Assembly: GCA_021805825.1 (NCBI GenBank)
Contig: JAJZEC010000007.1
Span: 25,864 to 89,863, forward strand
Direction of reading: 5' to 3'
Length of the DNA stretch: 64,000 bases
Source: Pseudomonadota bacterium
GTDB lineage: Bacteria; Pseudomonadota; Gammaproteobacteria; Burkholderiales; Burkholderiaceae_C
The notes under the pieces were generated by a model that was not told the DNA's origin, did no database searches, and saw only the letters and a list, made by a program, of their open reading frames with translations. The position numbers and the translations under genes were made by a program. Position 1 is the first letter of the stretch; every line of letters starts with the position of its first letter. Shown one piece after another: positions 9,448 to 17,804 of the stretch.

Positions 9448-10812
9448 ATGAGCTCCGCCGACGACAAGCAACCCAGCGCCAAGCCGGCGGCCCGGCCCAC
9501 GGGCCTGGCCGCGATGGCGCGCCAGCGACTGATCGAGCGCCTGCGCGGCCCGGCCGCCCCTGGCGGCGCCTCCGCGCGACTGCAGGAGGAACACGCCGAT
9601 CCCCATCCCAGGGTGCCGGAGTCGCTGTGCCGTTTCGACACCCACCCGGCCTACGAGAAGCTGCTGGTGTCGCAGACCGCCGCACAGCGCGTGGGGGTGG
9701 GCAACCCCTTCTTCAAGGTGCATGAATCGGCCGCCGGCGCCACCACCCGCATCGCCGGCCGCGAATACGTCAACTTCTCCAGCTACGACTACCTCGGGCT
9801 CAACGGCCACCCGCGCATCGAGGAAGCCGTGTTGCAGGCGGTGCGACGCTACGGCACCTCGGCGTCGGCCAGCCGTCTGGTGGCCGGCGAGCGCCCGATC
9901 CAGCGCGAGCTGGAAGCCGAGCTCGCCGCTTTCTACGGCGCGCAGGCCTGCGTGGCCTTCGTCAGCGGCCACGCCACCAACGTCAGCACCATCGGCAGCC
10001 TGTTCGGGCCGAAGGATCTGGTGCTGCACGACGCGCTGGCGCACAACAGCGTGCTCGAGGGCATCAAGCTGTCGGGGGCGCACCGGCGCGGCTTCGCGCA
10101 CAACGACTGGCAGCAGCTCGACGCGCTGCTGCACCAGATGCGGGGTGACTTCGAACGCGTGCTGGTGGTCGTCGAAGGCCTGTACAGCATGGACGGCGAC
10201 CTGCCGGAACTGCCCCGCTTCATCGAAGTCAAGCGCCGCCACAAGGCGCTGCTGATGGTCGACGAGGCGCATGGGCTGGGGGTGCTCGGAGCCACTGGGC
10301 GCGGCGTGGCCGAGCACTGGAGCATCGCCCCCGACGGGGTCGACATCTGGATGGGCACGCTCAGCAAGTCCCTTGCCGGCTGCGGGGGCTTCGTCGCCGG
10401 CAGCCGCCCGCTGGTCGAGCTGCTCAAGTACACGGCGCCGGGCTTCGTCTACAGCGTGGGGCTGTCGCCTGCGATGGCCGCCGCGTCACTGGAGGCGCTG
10501 CGCATGCTGCGCGAACAGCCCGAGCGCGTGCAGGCGCTGCAACGCAACGGTCAGCTGCTGCGCGACTACGCGCGCACGCGCGGCATCGACACCGGGCTGT
10601 CGATGGGCTACGCGATCACCCCCGCGATCCTCGGCTCCTCGCTGCGCGCGGTGAAGGCCTCCAACGCGCTCTTCGAGCGCGGCTTCAACGTACAACCCAT
10701 CGTGCACCCGGCGGTCGAGGAGCGCGCCGCGCGGCTGCGCTTCTTCGTGTCCGCCTCGCACACCGCGGCGCAGATCACCTCGGCGGTCGACGCACTGGCG
10801 CGGGCCCTGTAG
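9448..10812 (+). CDS. wcbT: PLP-dependent alpha-oxoamine synthase (AONS/SPT family), WcbT/RkpG-like
   Basis: NFSSYDYLGL, GTSASASRLVAG, HNS, EGLYSMDGD, DEAHG, GTLSK (PLP Lys). ATG 9448 with GGAGA upstream; alternative TTG 9421 overlaps the PKS stop. Confidence 0.85.
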   Translation: MSSADDKQPSAKPAARPTGLAAMARQRLIERLRGPAAPGGASARLQEEHADPHPRVPESLCRFDTHPAYEKLLVSQTAAQRVGVGNPFFKVHESAAGATTRIAGREYVNFSSYDYLGLNGHPRIEEAVLQAVRRYGTSASASRLVAGERPIQRELEAELAAFYGAQACVAFVSGHATNVSTIGSLFGPKDLVLHDALAHNSVLEGIKLSGAHRRGFAHNDWQQLDALLHQMRGDFERVLVVVEGLYSMDGDLPELPRFIEVKRRHKALLMVDEAHGLGVLGATGRGVAEHWSIAPDGVDIWMGTLSKSLAGCGGFVAGSRPLVELLKYTAPGFVYSVGLSPAMAAASLEALRMLREQPERVQALQRNGQLLRDYARTRGIDTGLSMGYAITPAILGSSLRAVKASNALFERGFNVQPIVHPAVEERAARLRFFVSASHTAAQITSAVDALARAL

Positions 10813-11183
10813 TGTCCCGCCCGCGTGGCCGCCTGCGCGCGTTCACCGACGCTGCCCGCGGCCTGCGCGTGCTGCTGGCCACCCAGCCGCACGCCCGATT
10901 CCATGCCGTGGCGAGCGCAGCGGCGCTGCTACTGGGCGCGGTGCTGCACCTGAGCGCGTGGCGCTGGGCCGCGGTGCTCGCGGCCATCGCGCTGGTCGTC
11001 GTCGCCGAGGCGCTCAACACCGCGGTGGAATTCGCCGTGGATCTGGCCAGCCCGCAGTGGCACGAACGCGCGCGCGACGCCAAGGACGTCGCAGCGGCCG
11101 CCGTGCTGCTGGCCAGCCTGGCCGCGCTGGCGCTGGGCCTGCTGGCCTTTGGCGAACCGCTGCTGCACCGCCTCGGCGGCTGA
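10812..11183 (+). CDS. dgkA: Diacylglycerol/undecaprenol kinase family (DgkA) membrane protein
   Basis: Three hydrophobic helices, AEALNTAVEFAVD and AKDVAAAAVL motifs; GTG start overlaps the upstream TAG. Confidence 0.88.
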   Translation: MSRPRGRLRAFTDAARGLRVLLATQPHARFHAVASAAALLLGAVLHLSAWRWAAVLAAIALVVVAEALNTAVEFAVDLASPQWHERARDAKDVAAAAVLLASLAALALGLLAFGEPLLHRLGG

Positions 11184-11236
11184 GCGGGGCGCCGGCGCAC
11201 TGCCCACCCGGGCGCCCGCCTGAGCAGGCCCACCGC

Positions 11237-11370
11237 CGGCGCGACGACGTGCAAGCCTTCGCGCGCTCGTGCGATCAACTCGATGTACCACTGGCCGTGG
11301 AAGTATCGCGATCTGGCCAGGGCGCGCATGCCTGGGCCTTCTTCCAAACGGCGGGGAGTGCGCGCGATGG
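11237..11370 (+). pseudogene. Remnant of an archaeo-eukaryotic primase (AEP, TOTE-type) / primase-helicase gene
   Basis: About 45 codons RDDVQAFARSCDQLDVPLAVEVSRSGQGAHAWAFF resemble the SRSGxGxHxWxFF AEP motif; no start codon, and similarity ends at the toxin stop. Confidence 0.55.
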
Positions 11371-11709
11371 TCAATCCAGCAGGGCCACGAGACGCCCGAT
11401 AGCGTCGTCGATCACCTCTTGGGGTGCATGCTCGATCTTGCGCGCCTTGCGAGCGGCTAGGTCAAGCATGCGAATCTTGTTCACCAAGGCTACGCCCTGT
11501 GTCTTGCAGCCAGTGCCCGTCAGGGTCACAGCAAAGCCGGCGTAGCGTGCGAAGTCGCCGCCCTGGGTGATCGGCGCGATCAGCACATCGCCGAGCCAGT
11601 TGAACTCCTTGGTCGTCAGGACCAGAGCCGGCCGGGTGCCGCGCTGCTCAAGGCCGATGGCGGGGTCCAGGGGCACGCTCACGATGTCGCCTCGTTCGAA
11701 AACAGCCAT
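11371..11709 (-). CDS. chpB: Type II toxin, ChpB/MazF/PemK endoribonuclease family
   Basis: 112 aa: FERGDIVSVPLDPAIGLEQRGTRPALVLT...APITQGG...QGVALVNKIRMLD. Start overlaps the antitoxin-part stop (TGATG). Confidence 0.9.
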   Translation of the reverse strand: MAVFERGDIVSVPLDPAIGLEQRGTRPALVLTTKEFNWLGDVLIAPITQGGDFARYAGFAVTLTGTGCKTQGVALVNKIRMLDLAARKARKIEHAPQEVIDDAIGRLVALLD

Positions 11710-12446
11710 CAGATGACCTCGCCGCCCACGGGTCGCGCCACATCCCACAGCGCCAGGTCGGCCGGCGGCGCGGCCTTCAGGTCGCACTGCGCGATCATGT
11801 CGGCCAGGACGTACTTGCGCTTGGGCGTCAGCACGATCTTGCCGTCTGCCGTCGTGTCCAGCGTCAGGTGCTGGCCGGCGCCGATGCCAAGTTCTTTGAG
11901 AACCGGGGGCGGGATCACCACGGCGGTGCTGTTGCCCATCTTGATGGAATTGGCCACTCCGCCGACGCAGAAGGCGGTGAGCGGAAGCGCCAGCCACCAG
12001 CTGTGGAGCAGGGGGTCGATTCCGGCAATGTCCAGCCGCGTCAGCGCCACGCCGGTGATGGCGCAGGCGAGAAGGCCCGAGGCCATGGTGGCGAGCAGGC
12101 GGAACAACACCCCCACGCGCTTGGTGAGATCCTCGGCCAGGCCCGCGGCGAAGGCCGGCAGCCCGGCCACGCACAGCCGATTGAGCAGAACCGCTCCATG
12201 GCCCGCACCATGCGCCGACGCATAGACCACGCCCAGCAGCGCCACCGGCCCGGCCAGCAAAGCCACCCCGCCCACCCGCGCGGTGGGACGGGAATGGGCC
12301 TTCTGCACTCCCTCCAGGCCGTCCAGCGTGAGGCGGCCGTGCCAGCGCTGGGTGAGCGCAAGCAGCAGCGCCACACCGCCGGAGACCGCAAGCACCACCG
12401 CAAGCCCGAGCGCACCCTCGAGCAACTCCCGGGCAGCCATGCCCAT
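11709..12446 (-). pseudogene. In-frame chimera: 5' part of a WecA/MraY-like (glycosyl transferase family 4) gene joined to a ChpS/MazE-like antitoxin lacking its first residues
   Basis: Residues 1-168: multi-TM, QKAHSRPTARVGGVAL, AGLAEDLTK, GVANSI. Residues after the junction (about 11940): KMGNSTAVVIPPPVLKELG...KYVLADMIAQCDLK...WDVARPVGGEVI, AbrB/MazE-like. Confidence 0.8.
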
Positions 12447-12641
12447 TCTCCAGAAGATGTTGGTGGATCTCGCCCCGCGGCAACGCGGATGCGCGGGGTT
12501 GGGGGCTGGATGCCGCCGAATCCCCGGCTACATAGAAAAATTCGAATGATTCCGTAGGTTTGACGACAAAAAGTCTACGTTTTTTGCGTGTTACTTGTCT
12601 ACCGTGCCGTGTGACAATCAGGCGGCGCGGCGCCCGGCGGA

Positions 12642-13388
12642 TCAGCGCCCGGCCAGCCAGCCCACGGTTTCCTTGATCGCGTGGGCGCTGCGGCGCAAGG
12701 CGCCGGCATCGGGCAGCCATTCGCGGATTGCGCCTTCGTGCCGCGCCTCGAAATCGGTCGCGGCCGGAACGGCGTGCAGGCCATGCTTGCGCATTTGCGC
12801 CAGCGCGCGCCGCATGTGCAGCGCGGATGTGACGAGCAGCACGTTGTGGATGCCCCGCTTGGCAAGCAGTGCTGCGGAAAATTGCGCATTCTGGCGTGTA
12901 TTCAAGCTGCGGCGCTCGAGCAGCATGGCCTGCCGCGGAACCCCCAGGTCGAGCAGCAGGCTGCGCATCGCGCCGGCTTCCGTTCCCAGGTTCACCCCGG
13001 GGTCGCCATTGCCGCCGCTGAGCACCACCAGCGGCGCCTTGCCGGCGTGGTACAGGCGGGCGGCGTACCACACCCGCGCGGCGGCGCTGTTCAGGTGGGG
13101 CAGATGGCCCGCATGTTGCGGCGGCTCCACACCGCAGCCCAGCACCAGCATCGCCGGCTCCCGCGGCAGGCGCCGCAGCGGGATGTAGGGCACGCTGCGT
13201 TCCACCGCTCCCACCAGCAGGTTGCTGAAGACGGGGGTGGAGCACAGCCACAGCCAGGCCCAGCACAAGGCGGCCAGGATCCACGCCAGGCGGCGCGCAC
13301 GGCGCGCGAGCACCGCAGCCAGCAGCGCGCCGACGAGGGCGGTGCCCAGCGGGGAGATCAGGAAGATGACGAATGTGTCGAAGGCCAT
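12642..13388 (-). CDS. YdcF/ElyC family (DUF218) membrane protein
   Basis: N-terminal TM helices, LVLGCG, LSGG, TEAGAM, LERRSLNTRQNA, LVTSALHMRRA. Start at ATG 13388. Confidence 0.88.
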   Translation of the reverse strand: MAFDTFVIFLISPLGTALVGALLAAVLARRARRLAWILAALCWAWLWLCSTPVFSNLLVGAVERSVPYIPLRRLPREPAMLVLGCGVEPPQHAGHLPHLNSAAARVWYAARLYHAGKAPLVVLSGGNGDPGVNLGTEAGAMRSLLLDLGVPRQAMLLERRSLNTRQNAQFSAALLAKRGIHNVLLVTSALHMRRALAQMRKHGLHAVPAATDFEARHEGAIREWLPDAGALRRSAHAIKETVGWLAGR

Positions 13389-13434
13389 CGCTCGAGGGTG
13401 CGCGTCGGGGCTTGCCGGCGGCCCGCGTAGCTCC

Positions 13435-14640
13435 TCATCGCGGACGATCCGTGGCGCGCCAGCAATCCCGGCGCGCCTCGAAACGCTTGAGCACCAGGCA
13501 GAGCTCGCGCTCGGCTGCCGCGCGCTCGGCGGCGATCTCCCGCAAGCGCGCGTACCCCCGCTCGACCAGCGCGGAAACGCGCTGCGGATCGTCGAGGCTG
13601 GCCACCGCGAGCGCCAGATCCTCCGCGGCATCGGGGTCGACGAGCAGCGCGGCATCGCCCACCTGTTCGCCGATCCCCGCGCTGTAGATCAGGGGTTTGC
13701 CCGCGCTCCAGGCTTCCAGAGGAGGCAGATTGGTGGGCCCGAAGTACGTCGGCATGACGACCGCGCCACAGCCCTCGTACAAACCGCGCAGATCCGCCGA
13801 CTCGACGAAGCCGAGGAAGCGCACCTGCTCCTGCACGCCCAGCCTCACCGCGGTGGCACGCAGGTATTCCAGAACGCCGTAGTCCTTGCCGCACAGCACG
13901 AGCTGGGGTGTCTTGCCGCCGGCTTTCAGGAGGGCCAGGCACTGCAGGATGCGAATGTGGTTCTTGTGCGCCCAGAACTGCGCAGGATAGAACAGATAGC
14001 CCGGGCGCAGCTGGTGGCGTTGCAGCACCTCGGGGGTCGGCGCCGATGTGCTCTCGTTCAGGAAGGGAGAGGGCGCGAAGGGCATCGGCAACAGGCGCGC
14101 CGCATCGACTCCATAGCGCTCGCTGATGCGCCGCGCCAGTTGCGTGGAGTCGCAGAGCACGCAGATGGCCTGCGCCAGGGTGTTGCGGTACAGCTCCTCA
14201 CGCACAAGGAATTCATCGTTCGCCCGCACCTCGGGAAACTCGGGCTGGTCGCGGTGGCTCAGATCCCATACCGTTGCAACGTAGTTCAGGCGCCGCAACG
14301 CGAGGCAGCGGCGGCTCGGCGTGACAAAGTAGAGCAGATCCACACCCATGCCCTCGAGCGTGCGCTCCAGGGCGCTGGTCAGCCCGAGCCGCGCCTGCGC
14401 CTCGCGCAGCAGGCCGTTCATGCTCGCCGCGATCAGCCAGCGCTCCGTCCAGTCGCGCCGGATGTGCACTGCGCGCAGGCCGAGCGCCTCCAGGACGGGA
14501 AGGTTTTCCCGGAATCGCGTCGCGACGAGGAATTCGTAGCGCCCCGAGCACAGGCGCCGCATCTGGTCGATGGCGTTGATCGCCTGGTGGTAGCCGCCGC
14601 CGGCGCTGAGCCGGTTGTCGAGAACGGCAGCAATCCTCAC
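13435..14640 (-). CDS. Glycosyltransferase, GT-B fold (GT4-like)
   Basis: LFYPAQFWAHKNH, VRFLGFV, LPPLEAWSAGKP, VGDAALLVDP. GTG start overlaps the upstream stop (GTGA). Confidence 0.88.
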   Translation of the reverse strand: MRIAAVLDNRLSAGGGYHQAINAIDQMRRLCSGRYEFLVATRFRENLPVLEALGLRAVHIRRDWTERWLIAASMNGLLREAQARLGLTSALERTLEGMGVDLLYFVTPSRRCLALRRLNYVATVWDLSHRDQPEFPEVRANDEFLVREELYRNTLAQAICVLCDSTQLARRISERYGVDAARLLPMPFAPSPFLNESTSAPTPEVLQRHQLRPGYLFYPAQFWAHKNHIRILQCLALLKAGGKTPQLVLCGKDYGVLEYLRATAVRLGVQEQVRFLGFVESADLRGLYEGCGAVVMPTYFGPTNLPPLEAWSAGKPLIYSAGIGEQVGDAALLVDPDAAEDLALAVASLDDPQRVSALVERGYARLREIAAERAAAERELCLVLKRFEARRDCWRATDRPR

Positions 14641-15755
14641 CGCAGACACTCCCGGATCCTTGCCGCGACGCGCTCGATCTGCTGTTCGCTGAGCGCCATG
14701 CCGCTGGGCACGTACAAGCCGCGCAGCGCCAGGCGCTCGGCAACCGGGTAGCGCTCGGAACGGAACCATCCCCGCCCACGAAGAACCGGCTGCAGGTGCA
14801 TGGGGTAGAAAAACGGCCGGGTGCCGACCCCTGCAGCCTGCAGGCGCGCCATCATGGCCGAAGCGTCGAGGCCCGTGGATTCATCGAGCACGATTCCGTA
14901 GACCCAGTAGATGTTGTCGGCGAAGGCAGTTGCCGCCAGCGGGAGTTGCAGCCCGGGGACGTCGCGCAGCAGTTCGGTGTACAACTGCCCCATCCTGCGC
15001 TTGCGCGCCACGAACTCGTCGAGGCGCTCCAGCTGCGCCAGGCCCAGCGCTGCCTGCATGTTGGTCATGCGGTAGTTCCATCCCAGGCGCTCGTGCACGA
15101 AGCGGCGCTGCGGCTGGAAGCACAGGTTCCGCAGGCTGCGGAAGACCTCGGCGAGTTCGGCATCGTCGGTGACCAGCATGCCGCCTTCGCCGGTCGTGAT
15201 GTGCTTGTTGGCGTAGAAGCTGAAGACGCTGACGTCGCCGAAACTGCCGCACGGCGCCCCGCCGCAGGTCTGCCCGTGCATTTCCGCAGCGTCTTCGATG
15301 ACCCGCAGGCCATGCCGCCGCGCCAGATCCGTGATGCGCCGCATATCCACCGGCAAGCCGAAAATGTGCGGAACCAGCAGGGCCTTGGTGTTCGACGTGA
15401 TCCTCGACTCGATCGCCTCGAGGTCCATGTTCCAGGTCTCGGGATCGCTGTCGACCAGCACCGGGGTCGCACCGCTGCGGACGATCTGGGTGATGCACGA
15501 AATGATGGTGAAGGTCGGCAGGATGACTTCGTCGCCCGGGCCCACGCCGAGGGCGTCGACCGCGATGTCCAGCGCCGCGGTGCCGTTGGCCACGGCCACC
15601 GCGTGCCGACGCCCGACGCGCGCCGCGAAACGCTGCTCGAACTCGCGCACGAAAGGCCCGTCGGATGAGATCCAGCCGCTTTCGATGCATTGCAGCAGGT
15701 ATCGCTTCTCGCTGCCGTCGAGCAGCGGTTCATTGACCGGTATGAAATCGTTCAT
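14637..15755 (-). CDS. per: DegT/DnrJ/EryC1/StrS aminotransferase, GDP-perosamine synthase-like
   Basis: IPVNEP, GWISSDGPF, NGTAAL, IEDAAE, FSFYANKHITTGEGG, GWNYRMTN; gmd and manC are in the same run. Confidence 0.8.
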   Translation of the reverse strand: MNDFIPVNEPLLDGSEKRYLLQCIESGWISSDGPFVREFEQRFAARVGRRHAVAVANGTAALDIAVDALGVGPGDEVILPTFTIISCITQIVRSGATPVLVDSDPETWNMDLEAIESRITSNTKALLVPHIFGLPVDMRRITDLARRHGLRVIEDAAEMHGQTCGGAPCGSFGDVSVFSFYANKHITTGEGGMLVTDDAELAEVFRSLRNLCFQPQRRFVHERLGWNYRMTNMQAALGLAQLERLDEFVARKRRMGQLYTELLRDVPGLQLPLAATAFADNIYWVYGIVLDESTGLDASAMMARLQAAGVGTRPFFYPMHLQPVLRGRGWFRSERYPVAERLALRGLYVPSGMALSEQQIERVAARIRECLR

Positions 15756-16507
15756 CAGCGGTTGCTCAGTACGAAACACACGCCCCAGGTATCTTCGCCG
15801 GGAACCCGGCCGCTGAGGAATTCCTCGGCGGCCACGCGCCGGAAGCCGTGGGCCGCGGCCAGCCAATCGATCTCAGGCAGGGAAAAGTGACGCATCGGAT
15901 GCGTTTCCTCCAGAAGCTGCACGCTCCCGTGTCGGCGATCCCGCACGACCATGGTGTAGTGGACATCCACCCGGTTCTCGTTCGGCAGCATCGTGGGCTC
16001 CGCGATGCGCAGGATCTCTGTTTCCTCGTCGGCCATGCGTTTGACCCGCACCGACGGCCGCTGGGCCAGCACAGCCGGCGAGTACCAGGCATCGAACACA
16101 AAGACGCCGCCCGCCTCCAGATGGGCAGCGGCCGTCGCGAACACCGCGCCCAGATCCTCGTTGGACGTCTGGTAGCTCAGCACATGGAACAGCGACAGCA
16201 CGGCGTCGAAGCGGCAGCCCATGCGCACGCTTCGCGCATCCCCGAGCTGGCACGCGAAGCCGCCGCCGGTGGCCGCCGCCGCCATCATCCGGGGGCTGCG
16301 CTCGATTCCCTGCACGCGGTAGCCTCGCCCGGCAAGCAGGCGGCCGTGCCGCCCGGTGCCGCTGCCGAGCTCGAGCAGGCTCCCCTCCACGATGCCCTGG
16401 CGCTCCAGCACGCCGCAGACATACGCGGCCTCCGCTGCGGAGTCCTTGTCGCGGTACAACAGATCGTAGTAACGGCCGTAGGCGTCGAAGGGCAACTCGG
16501 GGCTCAT
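15755..16507 (-). CDS. Class I SAM-dependent methyltransferase
   Basis: YYDLLY, LLELGSGTGRH, GDARS, FDAVLSLFHV, GGVFVFD. Confidence 0.88.
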   Translation of the reverse strand: MSPELPFDAYGRYYDLLYRDKDSAAEAAYVCGVLERQGIVEGSLLELGSGTGRHGRLLAGRGYRVQGIERSPRMMAAAATGGGFACQLGDARSVRMGCRFDAVLSLFHVLSYQTSNEDLGAVFATAAAHLEAGGVFVFDAWYSPAVLAQRPSVRVKRMADEETEILRIAEPTMLPNENRVDVHYTMVVRDRRHGSVQLLEETHPMRHFSLPEIDWLAAAHGFRRVAAEEFLSGRVPGEDTWGVCFVLSNR

Positions 16508-16944
16508 TGCCCGCTCTCCCGGTGGCGAGCCCCGTCGGCGGCAATGCCCTCGAAGCGCTCCTTGTCCGCATCCCCTGCGTACGGACCCTGCTTGACCTCG
16601 ATAATCTCGGAGTCCTCGAGCATTTCGAAGCCGTGGCCTCCGCGAATCAGCAGGATCACGTCGCCGCTTCCGAGCACGCGGCTTTCCAGGTACTCCCGGT
16701 TCTCGTCGTAGAAATCGACCCGAACCCGTCCCCTGCGGATGAACAGCACCTCGTTGGTGTACGTCACCTCGCGCGGAACCGGCCGATGGACGTGCGGCGC
16801 GATGCAGTATCCGGCCGGACGGTTCATGTAGCCCAGCTGCTGCGAGTACGAACCCGGCGTCAGGAACACGATTCCGTTGGCACGATAATCCGCGCGCAGG
16901 ATCAGGGCCAGTTCCACTCCGTCCCGCGAAATGCTCTCGGTCAT
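16504..16944 (-). CDS. Small cupin-fold protein
   Basis: PHVH...EVLFIRRG...GDVILL..GGHGF...EVKQGPY two-His cupin pattern; 4-nt overlap with the methyltransferase. Confidence 0.7.
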   Translation of the reverse strand: MTESISRDGVELALILRADYRANGIVFLTPGSYSQQLGYMNRPAGYCIAPHVHRPVPREVTYTNEVLFIRRGRVRVDFYDENREYLESRVLGSGDVILLIRGGHGFEMLEDSEIIEVKQGPYAGDADKERFEGIAADGARHRESGQ

Positions 16945-16997
16945 GCTTCTCCCCCCAATTCCGTCACGCGATCGCCCGCCGGGCGCACCACCCTGCC

Positions 16998-17798
16998 TCA
17001 GGGTTCATAGCCCAGAACCTCGATCAGGTTTCCGGTCACCTCCCGGAACAACTGATAATGCTCGGCTTCGAATTCATCCCGATGCGATGACGACTTGAAT
17101 CTGTAGTGCGATTCCGTCTTGTCCTGTCGATGCGCCAGGTCGCGCTCGCGCATCCTGTCCTTGGTGTAGTCGCCGACGATCCCGGAAACCTCCGCCGCTG
17201 AATAATCGAGGCCGCAGTGGCGCAGGATGGATTCGATGCCTTCCAGCGGCCTGGAAGTGATGTCCTCGAATTTCAGGAACAGGATATCCGGGTCTTCGCG
17301 CCCGAGCTCCACCCACGAGCGCATCACCGAGAACTTGTCGTTGAACCGGATGAAATAGCTCAGCGCCTCCCTCTTCGGCACCCCCGCGAACCGCCGCCGG
17401 AGATCCAGCACGACCGGATTCTCCGCGTGCGTCTTCATCGTAGAATGATAGTCCGAAACAACCAGGTCGCGGGGATCCCGATAGATATAAACGGCCTTGT
17501 GTGCCTCGGGTTTTTCGATGAAATACCTGTAGGTCTGGTAGGAAACGTAGAGCCCCGGCACGAATACGCCCCGCGGAAAGCGCGCGACGTGTTCACCATA
17601 TTCGTAGTTGCGCTGCGGCATGCGTACAAGCCGCGTGATGCGCGCCATCCGTCGATCGCTGAATATCGCGGAAATCCACTGGCTTCCGCTCTTCTGGACG
17701 GTCGGAAAATACAGATTATCGAGCGTCCGGCCTCCGCGCAGAGCAAAGGCACGCGCTGTGGTCTTCATGTCGCGCAAAAATGTCTTCATGTCCTTCAC
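16998..17798 (-). CDS. PAPS-dependent sulfotransferase domain protein
   Basis: 5'-PSB-like TVQKSGSQW, 3'-PB-like YRDPRDLVVSDY, LKFED. GTG start; alternative ATG 17789. Confidence 0.85.
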   Translation of the reverse strand: MKDMKTFLRDMKTTARAFALRGGRTLDNLYFPTVQKSGSQWISAIFSDRRMARITRLVRMPQRNYEYGEHVARFPRGVFVPGLYVSYQTYRYFIEKPEAHKAVYIYRDPRDLVVSDYHSTMKTHAENPVVLDLRRRFAGVPKREALSYFIRFNDKFSVMRSWVELGREDPDILFLKFEDITSRPLEGIESILRHCGLDYSAAEVSGIVGDYTKDRMRERDLAHRQDKTESHYRFKSSSHRDEFEAEHYQLFREVTGNLIEVLGYEP

Positions 17799-17804
17799 TC
17801 TTGT

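Noticed and set aside
1608-9641. 2677-aa minus-strand ORF
   Set aside because: Antisense shadow of the PKS in high-GC DNA; no motifs. The same applies to 43511-47392, 21414-22868, 54868-56796 and most other overlapping ORFs in the track.
9448-10812. Biotin synthesis gene bioF
   Set aside because: No other bio genes, an N-terminal extension and coupling to the PKS favour a WcbT/RkpG-type role.
11184-12640. Intact IS, prophage or integrative element around the TA pair
   Set aside because: No transposase, integrase, terminal inverted repeats or target duplication seen; only remnants.
11371-13284. 637-aa ORF ending in the toxin
   Set aside because: Only the last 112 codons are toxin; the rest crosses other genes out of frame.
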